Origin: Geosiphon pyriformis uo1
Taxonomy: Eukaryota; Fungi; Glomeromycota
DNA: 64,000 nucleotides
Assembly: GCA_016748015.1 (NCBI GenBank)
Contig: JAAOMT010000760.1
Location: 540,039 to 604,038 of the forward strand
Direction of reading: 5' to 3'
Both the position numbers and the translations under genes were made by a program. The notes beneath the pieces are model-generated. The model was not told the DNA's origin. It searched no databases and saw only the letters and a list, made by a program, of their open reading frames with translations. Positions 1 to 14,138 of this stretch are shown in pieces; the stretch's first letter is position 1; each line of letters begins with the position of its first letter.

Positions 1-1092
1 CCCCCCCCCCCCGCTGACAAATATGCTTGATCATGCGAGATGTTGAATGATTGTACATTTACCAACAAGGGTGATGCATAGGAGTTTGATTGTATAACTC
101 TAACGAATTTTGTAAAAGGTAAATATTCGTTAACGTAGAAACTTTTGGAAATCATTTCCTCAATTTTAATTGTTTTTTGTTTTCTTAAATGAAAAAGCTA
201 AATTGTCTCGATAAAATTCACAGACTAAAAAAGCATCTATTTCAATTTGAATTATTTTTGGAATCTTAAATTACGATCGACAATTTATTGCTGCGTGATC
301 TTCATACTTTCTTTCATCGATTCCAGATATTTGTGTAAAAAAATGCTTTCCGAAATTTTGATTGGTCTATTAATAATAAAAAAATCCTTTCCATTTTTCA
401 TTTATCGATTATTTGATGTGAGAAACCCTATCACTTTTTGACTTTTAATAAACGCGTTACGCATTTTGACGCCATTTTTAGATCACCTTTATTGAATTAC
501 GAAAAATCAAAAAAAAAACCAGCGCACAATTATCGTAAAAATTGTATCATTTTAATCGGTAATTTCATATATTTCTTTCGACCGAACCCTATACTTTTGA
601 CTCATGTCATTTTTACCCTGAAAGTTCCCAGGGTCTCCATCTCTACATATGAATTAGCTAACGATTAGGTAAACAAAAATGAAAAAGATTTTTTTTTTTT
701 TTTTTTTTTTCAATAATCCCAAAGTTAAAATAATAAAGAAAATTATAAAAAAGAATTTCAAAGAATAAGCATATGTCTCCGAAGCACGTGGTTACTAATT
801 CTCATTCCTTTTCTCCCACAAGTAAACATGCAATGGAAAACTTAAAATACTAAATTTATAAATCCCTTGAAAGAAATGCTTGGCATTGAATTACAATACA
901 AATTTAGCCTGGCTTTAATTTCAGGGCATCGGGTGTATTGTTTGTTGGCTTCAAGCCACGAGATAATCTTTTTGGCTTCTTTTTTGGGAGTTTCACTTTC
1001 TACATAAATTTGACCCACCAACCTTTGATACTTTCTCTAATTCACATTTCATTTTTGTAAAAAAAAATTAAAAAAATTAAAAAATAATTCAA

Positions 1093-2593
1093 ATGCAACC
1101 ACTCTATGAAAAAAATGATTTTACTTTTTCACAAGCTTTAACAGCTGCCTCATTCACAAATATGAAATCTTTATATCAAGGATCTAATACGGCTTCAAGT
1201 GGAAAAACAGTTTCTCGAAATAAGCTAAATTCATTGCCAGATAACTCACCTAATTCTCAAACTATTTATACCAATCATTCATTAAAGAGAAATTCTCAAG
1301 TATATGAGGAGGACTCTCCAATTAAAGGAGGTTTAACAAAAGCAAGTCGTTGTGAGTTTTCTTTTTTCATTTTCTAATAATTTTTAACAAAGATACCCCT
1401 CATAATTTCTAACTCTAAAAATCCATTTCTTTCAGATAGTCACCACGAAAGCTGTCCTTCATATCAAAGTAGCCCATCAATATCAGGTATGGAAAAATTC
1501 TAGCTATTTTTTTTACGAGCCTCAAACTTTTCATTTTTCTCACATTCTCACTAGATAATTTTGTTTCCATGAAAAAATCAGAGCCATGTATTTGGCATAC
1601 TGAACAATTTGAAATATCTCTCGATCAAGATGTGCCAAAAAGGAAACCAGGCAGAAAACTTTTAACCACCATCCCAAGCTCAGTAAGTGGCCATTTCAAA
1701 TACTCTTTTTGTCGTGCTCAAACTCTGCTACCTATTTATCCAATTTCGGCTCACGTTCTTTCTTACAGAAACGCCAAGCTCAAAATCGAGCAGCCCAGCG
1801 AGCATATCGTGAACGAAAAGAACAACGGGTGAAAGAATTGGAGAGTAAAATTCAAGAGCTTGAAACAAGTTTATCAAAAAGCGTCGAAGAAAATACGATA
1901 TTAAAAATGAAAATTGAAGAGCTACAAGCAGATCATTTTCTTGGGAAACAAACTTCAGAGTTCGATTCTAATACCCACACTAAAATTTCTTCAGCTCACA
2001 TGACACTCGACCCAACAAATATAATATCACATGGCACCAATTCACCACATCAAATTTTGAGTCCAACCGAAAATAGTTTTCAGCTTCAAAGTCAACCATC
2101 CTTTGATTTTGGCTCAACTGCTCCTACGACTCCACCATTTTCTGTGTCTTCAAACGAAAGTGACGAGGATGATAGTCTCACTTTTCAAGCGTTATCATAT
2201 TGCGTCTGTGGTCAGCTTCCAATTGCTACTTCTTTATCCACCAGTCCAAAATCGCCGACTATGAGCTTCCCAGATCCAGCCTCTTCACCCTTTCTGCTAA
2301 ATTTTCTTCCTACCCAATTTGACCCTTCATCTAAAACAAATGCACACGCTTCATGTGTATCTGGTTCCCTCAATAGGAATACTTGTCGCCAAGAACACTC
2401 ATCAATCGATTCAAGCCTTTCAACTGCACAAAAATTTCAAGATTTTATTACCCTTTCAGCTTTACAAATGCCAGTTCCTCAAGCTCAAAATCTACAGCAA
2501 CTTCCTACTGAAAACCAAAGTAATCGACTTGATACAAGAAAAGAGCTTGAATCAATGTTAGTGAAATTGGAAGAAGTTTTCTTTAGTCTTTAG
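1093..2593 (+). CDS. Yap1/Pap1 (AP-1)-family bZIP transcription factor, 4 exons (1093-1351, 1436-1486, 1555-1682, 1769-2593)
   Basis: GT-AG introns join the exons in frame to give KRKPGRKLLTTIPSS|KRQAQNRAAQRAYRERKEQRVKELE, the Yap-type basic region, followed by a leucine zipper. Confidence 0.9.
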
Positions 2594-3504
2594 AAAATTC
2601 TATTAATTGTTATAATAACACTTTGCATTCAATACTGTACATAGAAAATTGGTTTTAGAGAATACATATTGTAATTGTAAATTCCAAGCTTTTACATAAT
2701 GACTGGTTTTTGTAATTTTTTATTAGGAATTTTGAATCCAGAATATGATAAAAGAAGTATTTCAATATATAAGGATAGGTTTAAGAGGAGTGTAACGCAG
2801 AAAGATTTTTCCGATAACCCGAATTCATTGAGATTTTAGTTGAGGAACCTGAATTGAGCTACACTAGCCACTAGTTTTGTGAAAAAAAATTTTGGCTTTA
2901 TAGGAAAATGTTCCTTTTGTATTATAAAAGTAATCCAAAATAAGATGGGTGTTTTTTGATACAATAAATTCCCATATAGCGTGATTTCAAAGTTTCCACC
3001 CACATAATGCATAGCGATTTTACTGAATAGTCATGATAAGGGAAAAATTGAGAAAGAAAATATCGTGATGAAAGATATACTCATTCCTAATTTTTTTGTC
3101 GTCTCCTATCGACACTTGACCTAAGCCAGAAAAATTGCCGTATAGTCAGCTAAACCTGAAACAAAGAGACAAATTGGCTTAAATGATCTCAAACTGATCT
3201 GCCTAACCTCGAACAAATTACCCCACATTTTTAAATCTTTGGATTTTTACTCTCTTTTCCTTTTTTTAATCCAAACAATATTAAGCAAAAATTCTCATTT
3301 TTATCATGAGCTTGATTAAACCTTCATCTTATCCGAGATTTTTCAGAGTGGGCACAAGTTATCTGGAATAAAAACATGAAAATTAAGATTTTTGGGCTTT
3401 GCTTGTTAGTTATATTACTCGAGGACATATTTATTGAATATTACCAGAGAATTTTATTGAGAGTAAACAGAAAAATTTTGATGTATCCAGGAGACATTGA
3501 ATTT

Positions 3505-5406
3505 TTAACTGTCTGGTACAAAGCTTTCTATAAACCAATCGTTCGGAAAAAAAGTCCATATTGTTCCCGATATTGCCATAGCAGTACTCACACTTAAAAG
3601 AAATATGTTCCAAATTAATTCCATTTTGTTCAATTGGCAACCGAATAACTTTAAATGAGCTGCGATTGGGAAGATTCCAGAAATCAGGAAAGAGAATAGA
3701 GAGCCTAACAATGACTAATGGAAAAATTAGGTTAGTGGTTTAATATTAAAAAAAGAACCAACTACAGCATTGGGGCTATAAAAATTCCTACCAGTGCCCT
3801 ATCGAATTCAGGGAAAATTATGGAAGTTATCACCACTAAACCACTAAGACCTGTTCGTAAAATGAGTCGGCCCACAAATCTTCCCCATCGGTTGTTAAAC
3901 AAACCATGAAGAAATGATATCCGAAAAACAGTGACTTCAAGTGCCACATTGAGGGGTTGTAAGCAAAGAGGAAACTTTGATAATGGACTAACGACAATTA
4001 GCCATACAATGACAGAGTTAACCAGAATGTTGTATCCGGGAGTATTCATAATATTTTGCGTAACCTTGATTTTTGGCAAAAGATTAATTCAGTTTAGAGA
4101 ATTGGTTTGTGATTTCCTAGATATTCTGAACTCAAAGGGTATTCGTTACCTCTTGCAATGTATCCTTTCCAAACATTAAATAACCGGAAATCCCTAGCGA
4201 TAAATAGACAGCGCTAGTAATAATATAACTGATATTAATGGCTTTTTTAATTTGGCGTGGTTTTTCCATATCACGAAATAAAGAGGGCAGCACCGAATGT
4301 CCCGTAAGTCCGGCGTTGATTAAGCCAAAGGCGAGAGGAATTGTAATCCAAGTGGATGGCATAAAGGTTGTATGCATGGGTTCCCAAAGACTACCGGGCG
4401 CCTCTGCCTTGCTGAAACCATCATATATTACGACCAAAACAAGTGATGAAGCTGATATCATTCCAAGTAGAGAGGTGTAAGAGAGTAAATGTAACGGCAT
4501 CCAGGTAGTTGGAGTAATCACCAGAAAAGTCATGAATTTGAGTACATTGATATTGATTGCCGGATAAAGAGCTTTGAGAGAGTCACCAATCAGAATCATG
4601 AAAGTAACTCTGTATAAGAAGGGAATAAAAAATCAGAAGAGGATTATAGGCAACAGAGAAGATTATTCAATCATTTTTTTGCATTCCAATTACGTTTAAA
4701 AAACTTGTACTTACGATGCTGTATAAAGATCAAGTAAGAAAATAATACCAACAGCGATTCTGATATTTCTACCAAAGGCAAGATCAGCAATATCAGCATA
4801 AAATTTGCAAGCGGGATCAAGTTCCATACATTTGGTTAAGGTTTTTGCGGTGTAATTAGTTAAAACTAAACAAAAAATGAAAATTAAACTCCCGATAACC
4901 CATCCACAGTATTTAAAAGCAAGTGGAAATGATAATATAGCAATGCCAATTAGTAAATTCTAAATACATATAAAAAATTAATTCTCCAGACTCTTCAAAT
5001 CATATGTGAAAAATAAACATTCAAAAATCGTGTATGAAATTACCACTGCATTAAATACAGTTTGGGCAAGAGTGGACTTCCCTGGGTGAACATTGTGGCA
5101 GTTTTCAGCGGGATTTTCTCTTCTAGAATTGATCAAAGGGCTTGTTTCGTTCAAGCCTTGATATGGTTCCGGACCCTCAATGTCAGATAAATATCGCCGT
5201 GTTTCTGGTTCTTCTAATACTTCTTCATTGTTTAAAGGATGACTGAAACCCGACATATCATGAAATGGTTGTGAGCCATAGCTTGCGCTAATTTGCTGAT
5301 TTCGAGATATTGAATTCGCCCAAGAATTCATGGAATTTGCAAGTGATGCTCTTTCTTTAACTGGTATTGTTATGGGTATAGATGATGAATTTTTTACATG
5401 ATCCAT
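3505..5406 (-). CDS. Aa_trans (AAAP) family, Avt1-like vacuolar amino-acid transporter, multi-exon
   Basis: Exon ORFs include STLAQTVFNAV, GHSVLPSLFRDMEKP, GYLMFGKDTLQE, SKFPLCLQPL and LGSLFSFLISGIFP. Hydrophilic N-terminus and many hydrophobic helices. Confidence 0.88.
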
Positions 5407-5734
5407 TATATTTAATTATTAAGAAGGGATAATCAAGAATTTATCGCAGATTTTTAAAGAAAAGGACTTATAAATTATTCGATCTATTTATATATCCACA
5501 TTTTTCTTTTACATTTATTTGACTGGAAGAAGCTACTCCTCAGATTTTTAATAGAAAACCCAATATTAAAGTTCAAGATCCCAAGATAACTAACGAAGAA
5601 CCGACTACATTGATCATTCTATTGATCAATGGCCAGCATCAACGCCTAAATCGGATTATAAAACATAATCAACATGTGACAATTAACCAACTGCAGATAT
5701 CTTTTTTCTGCTTCAAAAATGCTGATCTTTTAGT

Positions 5735-6430
5735 ACAAAAAGAGGACAAAGACAACTTCTCGACATATGAACTCGTCTGCCTTTGATTTCCTCCAATACA
5801 TCTCCCTCCATTCTGCAAGATTCGTGGTTCTCTTCGACGATGCAACTTCTGACGGGCACAAACTCTTCCAGGATATTCTTGCTGTCAAAACAGTCTTCAT
5901 CTGCCGCATGCAGGAAAGGAGAGCTTCTCGCTACTGAAGAGAACGCAGAAACAAAAAATTGCAAGGGAAGACAACAGCTGCCTGTGGCAAACGCCAGAAG
6001 ATGGAAGGCATCATCAACCGCACGTCACTGGTCAAGATGCATCCCAACCACCCTCTGAAGCAGCTATTGAAGAGATGGATGGGCTCGGTGAGATTTGCCT
6101 TTAATATGTAGTGGGATCGAGCAAAAGGCGTAGCATCATTATGAAACAAGATGGTAGCACGGAAAAGGATGGTTAAAACTTATGGCGTTTTAACAAAAAC
6201 ATCTTCTTTTGGGCTATCTGGGGTGAAAAAAAGTTCGCAGGGCCATGGTCCGTTTTGGCATGCTCTTAAGAGGTTGCTTAGGGTCAGCTCTTCCACATCA
6301 CAGACGAAACGATTGATCAAGCATTGGTTGCGCAAAAGGAAGATATTAAATGTAATGCATAGCGACAACAAAGTGTATCAACAGATGATCTTTCTTTTCA
6401 ACCTCATACCATAAAAATTTGTACTCGAAT
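5735..6430 (+). mobile_element. IS607-like element relic A: TnpA C-terminus plus Fanzor2/TnpB N-terminal part, 3'-truncated
   Basis: The frame from 5767 reads AFDFLQYISLHSARFVVLFDDATSDGHKLFQDILAVKTVFICRMQERRASRY*, resembling the IS607 TnpA end (EL.EDILAI.TVF.CR..GRR). It continues as RTSLVKMHPNHPLKQLLKRWMGSVRFAFN (TnpB/Fanzor N-terminal motif), and later ITDETIDQALVAQKEDI...FQPHTIKICTR. Confidence 0.8.
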
Positions 6431-6779
6431 TTATTATTTTTACCTTGGAGTGTAAGGTAAGATATATAGAAGCAATTCCGAGGTAATTCGGCAAAATTCT
6501 GCTACGTTTTTTTATTATTTAAGTCGTTTTTATGCCATTTTTTATTCTTCATTTTTAAACCTCATTGCCAGAAGTTTTCACATTCTCTTCTGTTTTCTTC
6601 AGCTTTTGTGTGAAACCTACTACCAATAGAGCCATAGGTGACCTCTTTTGCCGACTTTTTTTAGTCATACTACTAGTAGTTACCACCAACTCCTGAACAA
6701 ATAGGTTGGTATCTTGTAAAATATTGAAAAAAACTATTTCTGGGATCAAGAGTCGAGGAAAAAAACAAAAAAATTAATT

Positions 6780-9700
6780 ATTTACTTATATATCTTTTAA
6801 AAAAATTAATAAAAATAAAAAGCTAATATATTTAACCAAATATAATTAAATTAATAAAACTAAAAATTTAAAAATTTAATTATAACAATATCTTATTTTT
6901 GTATTTAATTTAACAAATTCTACAATTTTTAGAATTATTATTTTATTATATTCAAAATTCTGTAAGCTTCTTAGTATTAACTTTTTAACACAAATTTTTT
7001 AATTAAAATTATATAAAACCAAGTCTTTAATATTAATAAATTGATTTTTTTAAATATAAATAAATTAATTAAATATTTCAAAATATTTAACTTATAAGTA
7101 CGCAAATATAAAACATTAGATTAAAAACTTTTGTATTTAATAACTATATTTATTTTGATTCTAATATTCAATAATAAATATAATTAATTATTAAATTTTA
7201 TAAAATTTATATAATAAAAAACATTAAATTGTAATAAGTTTAATTTGTATTGTTTTAATTAAAGTATAATTTAATTATTTAAATTATGTTAAATTATTTT
7301 AAGTTAAAAATTCTAAATAATTTATCTGCTTTTATTTTTTTAATATAATTATTTAATATTTTTTTATTTTAAACATAGTTTATTATTAAAATAATTAATT
7401 TTAAATTTATCTTTATAATTAAAAAAATATATTTTGTATTAAATTTATTAGCAAATACCAAATTAATTATGTTTTTTCAAGAAAATTTTTTTGGTTTTTT
7501 TTATTAAATGTAATTATAATAAAATAAAATACAATAAACAAAAAAATAATTTAAGCATAAAAAATAAGAATAGTAAAATAATTAATAAAACTAAATATTT
7601 TTAATAATATATAACAAAAACATTAAAATATATTATTATCATATTTGTAAACAAAACTATTTTATAATACTAATAACAAACAAATTAATTTAAATATTAT
7701 TTAACAAAAATATTAAGTTTAAATATTATAAACAAAACCAATTTAACAAAAAAAGTTTTATTTAAACCAAAAAAATTATACAAATTTAACACCAAATAGT
7801 TTAAACTTTAATATTTATATTAATTTTAACAATAATAGCATTAAAACTTTTTAAAACTTAAAAATAATAATAATATATTTGTTAATAAATAATTCAAATA
7901 AATTATAAGAAATTAAATTAGATAATATTTATTGATTTTTATTTATGGATTTAGTAAAATAATAATTATTTTTTAAAAATTAAAGCTTGATAAATAATTA
8001 ATTAATTAAAAAATAATAAAAAACTCTTTTTTTTTAAATTTTATAATTATATATTAAGAATAAATTTTTTTTTCTTTATTACTTTTTTACTGTTTAAATA
8101 GCCAAAAAAAATTAAAAAAACAAAAAACAATCCTTTTTTTTCTAAAATAACCAATTTTTTTATTATATTTTAAATTTTTTTTGGTATATCTTAAAATATT
8201 ACTAATTGTTTCTCTTTTTATAAAAAATCAAACATTGATTTTATTTAATTTTTTGGTATTTATAAATATAATTTGGTTTAAATATCTTATAAACATTAAA
8301 AAATTGTGTTATTAAACCAATAATTTTTAATTATACATAATAACAAAACTGGTTATATTGTTTATTAGTATTCTATTAAGTTAATTAATAAATAAAAACA
8401 ACTTTATTAAAAATAATAAAAAATTATATATTTGTATATTTTAACTTTTATTTTAAGCTTTTAAAATTTTATTAATAGATTAAATTAAAAATTTGTAAAC
8501 TTAAATCTTATTAAAATTCTTATTTATATATTTTATAAGTTTTATTATAATAGATTTTAAGTTTTTTAAGTATTTAGCTTTAGTTTTAATTTTAAAAAAA
8601 ATTCTTATTTTATATTTAATTTTGTTTTAAGTTTTGGTTATTCTGTTAAGCTTTAAATTTTTATATTAAGTCTTAATATTATTACAGTCAGATTAACAAG
8701 TTAATAAATAGAAAAAAAAGCAATATTGTATAATAATAAAATAATTAAAAGAGTAATTTAACTTTAATAAATAAATTGAATTAGTAAGAATTTAATATAT
8801 GAAATCAGTTTCATAAATATTTTTATTGTTATTTTTTTTACAAAATAACAAAAAAATTTAAAGATAGAAAGATAGTTTATACTGTCAACAAAAATAATAT
8901 ACTAGTATAATTTTATATCTTATATTAACACTTTTAAAATTTAATATCAAGTATTAATTATATTTTTTAATAAATATTTATTCAATATACTTTACAAAAA
9001 CTAATAATTATACAAATTAAAAAAAAAGGAAAAAAATAGCAAAAAAAAATAAAATAATAAAATAAAAAAGTTAATATTATTATATTGATTTAAGTATAAA
9101 TTAAATATAAATAATTTTCTATGACTTTAAAAAGTTTTACTTAAAAAAAAATTAATAATTAGATTGGTAATCATATCAATAATTCAGTCATTAATCAAAT
9201 CAATAATTAAATTAATAACTAAATTAATAATTATATTAATAATTATTTCTAAAAATAGAATAGTTAATTAATAATCTTAGTGATTAACACATATAACTAA
9301 TTATGGCTAAGTAAATAAAAGTTAAAAAGTAAAAAATTTAACTATAACAATATTATTATAAAAATATTAAACAAAAAACTTAAAAATTAATTAATAAAAA
9401 GTTTATATTATATTGTTATTTTTAGATTGTTTTGACTATAATTATATAATTAATAATTGATTAAAAAGTTTACACAATAATTTGATTAATATTTTTGAGA
9501 TAATAATAATATTATTAAAAAATTTGAGTTTTTAATTAACATAAAATTATTTTTATAATTCTTATAAATATTATTTTTTACATTTTCTTATTTATTTAAT
9601 CAAATTATTAATTAATATTATTTATTTAATAATTTTATTTATTTAATAGTTCTATTTAGTTTTTAAAAATTTATAAAATTATTAACTAATATTATAATTA

Positions 9701-11350
9701 AATATATAAAAACAGTTTTTTTTTAAAAAAATTATTAATCTTAATTTAAAATTAATTAATTCTTACAAATTAATAAAATAAATTTATATTTTGAAAACAT
9801 AATTAATTGTTTTAAAATTTACTACTTTTGACTAATATTCTAAAATTAATTAGTTATCAATTTAAATAAATTAATATATACTATTTTGATATTTAATTTG
9901 TTTAATTAATTACATATAGCTTAAGTATTTATATAAATCAATTTATAAGAAGATATAAATACAAAAAAAACAAATAAAAAATAGTTTTAAATATAAATTC
10001 AACAATCTTAAATTCTTAAAATATATTATTTATTTAAAAAGTAATTTTATAAATTAAAATAAAACTCAAACAATTCTAAAATAAACAATACTTTTTTGCA
10101 TAAAAATTATTAAAAAATTTTTAGATTTGCTAATTTTTATTGTTAATTTATTAAAAATTATTTAAAGTTACTATTTTATTAACAGTTTTATAATACAAAA
10201 AATAAAATATTTAAGTAAATTTAACAAGCAAGTATTGTATTTCAAGTTCTTTATTACAGTTTTTGTTTTAGTTTATGTTTGTTTTAAGAATAGTACTATT
10301 ATAGTTTGAATTTAATAAATATTTATATTTTGTTGTTTTTTATTTATATAAGTTTTCTGTTTAAAAAAGATGTATAATAAAAAATGTTAATAATTATTAC
10401 TACTTTTAAACAACAATAATAATATTTTATAAATATATAATACTAAATTACAATTTTATATAATTATAAATTTTAAATATTTTATAATAACCAGAATATT
10501 AAATTAATGTTAGACTTAATAGCTAATTTTTATAACCAATTTTAATTTTATAATCTCTTATTATCTTTGTTTATTATAAATGTTTTTTTATGTTATTTAG
10601 AATTTGAATTTAAAAAATAAAATAAAATTTATATATTAATAATAAAGCATATTATTAAAATTAAACAATTTAAATTTGTAATTACTTTGATTGTTTGTTT
10701 AAATTTAAAACTTTTTAAAATAATTAAAAAATTAACAATTACAAATATATATGTCCAAAATATAATAAATTTATTATTATTATTAGTTTTCTATTAAAAT
10801 TGAAATATAAGAATAAAATCTTATTTTCTAATAATTTGATTTATGTTTCAAAAATTTAAAATAGCATAAAATCTTAAAAAAAATCATAATAATTGACTTA
10901 CTAACTATTTTGAAATCAATAAAATAGTTAAATTAGTTGTAAAAAAATTAATTTGTTGCAAATTTAATAAGAATGCTTTATTTTAATTTTTGTATAAAAA
11001 CTATAACTTTCAAAATATTGTTAAACTTTGTTTTTTTTTTAAATAAAATAATTTTAGATTAAAGACCACAATTTATTTTTTGGTTATAAAAAAACTTTTT
11101 AAATTACCAAGTATTTAGATTTTTTTGTTTTTAATTTTTTATCTTTAAATTAATAATCAAACTAAATAGATTAATCAAATCTTAAAGCAATATTTGTAAT
11201 AATTTGTTAATTATTAACAAGATAATTGGTTTAAAATATTGTTATTAGCAAAGTTCGTATGCAATAATACCATTTAAGTTTTAATTAAAGCAACACTGTT
11301 TTTTGTTAATTACAAATAAAATTTACACTTCAGTTTTTTAGTAATTAGAA
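6780..11350. repeat. Extremely AT-rich, CpG-depleted block, probably a hypermutated transposon relic
   Basis: About 4.6 kb, roughly 85-90% A+T by eye, almost no CG dinucleotides and no ORF of 60 aa or more. The element class cannot be recognised. Confidence 0.55.
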
Positions 11351-11802
11351 AATTGATATTTTTTTTTGCTAAGCAGCACATTATATAAATAAAAAAAATC
11401 CAGAAAAATTAAAGCTTGCTTTTACTTTAAGAGAGCCACTATGGCAGATTATATTACAGATGGTAAATGTTTGATTATTGCGCTTTGCACCAATTTCATT
11501 CTCCCAGCTTGGGAACCAGAATGTTCAAAGCACATATGTGGCTGTACATGAATATAAATCACAATATTGTATATCTGGCTTGATAGAAAATAATACATGC
11601 AAGACTGAGTCACATTTCTTTCATTATTGCCATTAGACTTTAAAACTTTGCGCATTTATTTGAATAGCCTGAAAAGATTCGCTAGAACTGTCTGAATTCT
11701 TAAGAGTCGAATAGTGAATCTCAGTACAGAATATTTATAAATTTTTTAACTTTGGGCCAATTATCATTTAAATCATGTTCTGTCGTCCAAATAAACCCTC
11801 AA

Positions 11803-14138
11803 TTAAATTTGACGCAAAGCAATGATGAATGCCCCAATTATTACCCAAGCAACTATAAAAGTAAGCAGCAGAGCAATACCTTGCTGAAGTCCTACCTTCA
11901 AGGCTTTTCGCCGATTTTTAAAGGCAGCTCCATAAATCATAGCTTCTTCACGATTTTTGTCTAACCTGAAGATCAATATCAGTAAAGCTGATAGAGCATA
12001 ATAACCGTCCAAGTAGAAAGCCGGCATCATGTTGAGAATGCATAGGCCCAAGGATACAGATGTTGTGTAACTTGTACACCAATAATACGACTAATATCAC
12101 CATCAGATTTGAAGAGTTTAAAATTTTAAAATTTAAGGCTTAATGACTCACCTTAACAATAGTTCACATATCACTGGGATCGATCCTGGAATAAATGACC
12201 AGCGAGGTTGGAGATCGCTAACTTGAACTAAGTTGGGAAAAATTTATGTCTTCAATGAACATTAAGAAATATAATTTTCAAGTAAAACTTGAATAGAATC
12301 GCCCATACTCATTTCTAGCATTTCGTCCAACTTTCCAAAGAGAAGCACCATTTTTTCCTCGAAAGTATCATCATCCTGCTGCTGCTTCACTTCACTTACC
12401 CATGGTGGTTCTTGATAGTATATGCGAAGCAATTTAGTACTGGGAATAGGTGTATATGGAATAACACAATTGTGGCGTGTTGTGTTAATTCCCGGTAAAT
12501 CGACACAATCTGTATCACTTGAACATCTGTGTGCATCATTTCGAACAGTAGATACCGATGGAAGACAGGTATACTACATGAAAAGGAGCTGAGAATTCAA
12601 ATTATTGGCTGCTATTTTCTGAGAATAAGCCAAACCTTACCTGTTCATCAATATTTTCTCCGAGATGCTTGAAGCAGGATAAAGACTCATTATGTGATTT
12701 TCCGAATGGATATTTGTCTGAAACATCACAGCATTCCATAGATGAAGCAGCATAGTCTGCAGAAGAACAAAAACCTTTCCAGTCAGAACCATCAACAACA
12801 ATTTTATCAGGATCAATCAGAAACTTGTTCCATTGGTTTAGAGAAGATTCGGAGAGTGGGTAGTCATCAAGCCTCGTAATTAAACTTGATCGATGCAGAT
12901 GCAGGAAAAGTGGTGAATCCTAAAAAATTAAAATAGATCAATCTGGCAATCTTCAATGGTTTGGCCTAGAGCTATACGTACCTTTTCGATTGAGATGACG
13001 TTTACACCCCATCCATCCACAGATTTCCAAAAAGTTGACCCTAATACTACCTGAACCACTCCCATGCTCATCAAAAGAACCCCAATAATGTATAGGACAG
13101 CATTATGCCATACCCCAGCACATAAAATGCGCAGCTGACGTACACAAGGTAGGGAAACAAGTCTTTCCATATCAAGATTTACAAAAGCGCCAGGGTAGAG
13201 TATGTAGAGAAAAACTCCAGTATTCTTGATCAGGACAGATTCACTGAGAAAGGAAAGTGATTCAGGGAATTATCGAAATCTTTTGAGATAACCAAGTACT
13301 TTTAAGAAATTAATTCTTACTTAGAAGCCGCAATTGCATGCCCTGCTTCATGAAATATTCCACAAACTAGCAAAGCAAACAAAAAGTACAATGTGTGCGA
13401 AAGGGGAATAGTAAGTCCAGGAATCTTTCCAGCATCAGATTTGAAATTAATCTTAGTAAAGGACCTTTGATAAAATCCTTCTGCCAAATAAGCTTCAAGA
13501 CTCACCAATAAAGTGGTAAAATGATGTAAATGCGTAGAACTTAAATTAGGTCCAGAAAATTCATCCCCAATGGTTCTTTTTTGTAGTACTTTACTGACAA
13601 TCTCTTGGATTTCTTGAGATGATGGGTTGAATAAGGCAATAAGAATTTCACGAGCCGCGAAAATCATAAATCCAATACCAATGACCATCACAGCAATGGC
13701 GACGATAACCCCAAATCCAAACCATATTTTGAAAAAATGAGGTGCTCGAAATGCCAATGATTGAAAAAATGTGTTCAGATGGGAAGTTGTAAAACGAATA
13801 TTAAAGGTAGAAGCATCAATATGCGTCTTCCGTCGCCGATTTTTTGCGTATCGATATGAGTAGTTTGTGGGTAAATGATTCTCGACATCTGATAAAGCTT
13901 CGTTACTATCAACTTCACCAAATGTGGTCATCAGAATCTCGGGATTCGAGTTTATGGGAATTTGCTATAAGTCATTAATTAAATTATAACGTGGATAAAC
14001 GTGAGAATTTGGAGTTTTGATTAATAATCAAGGCTTCATATTAACCTTTGGATCAAATTTTAGTTTAATCAGAAAAACAAGGAAATGGATTGATCCCCAA
14101 AAAAAGAAAAAACAAAAAACTACAATCAACAACGACAT
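11803..14138 (-). CDS. Site-2 protease (peptidase M50, MBTPS2/S2P-like), multi-exon
   Basis: HEAGH zinc motif, FLYILYPGAFVNL, AGVWHN, a Cys-rich luminal insert and the NMMPAFYLDG motif. ATG at 14138 precedes a hydrophobic first exon. Confidence 0.9.

Noticed and set aside
1-12. Poly-C at the window start as a telomere
   Set aside because: It is a homopolymer, not a telomeric repeat unit.
6451-6760. LTR start (TGTAAG) or retroelement gag fragment
   Set aside because: No matching second LTR, target-site duplication or RT/integrase motif could be found by eye.
11400-11700. Possible further Fanzor fragment (minus strand QAIQINAQSF..KKCDSVL..L*TFWFPSWENEIG) or the continuation of element A
   Set aside because: The motif matches are short and lack a clear DPG or zinc finger, and the orientation is opposite to A. 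Not supportable without alignment.
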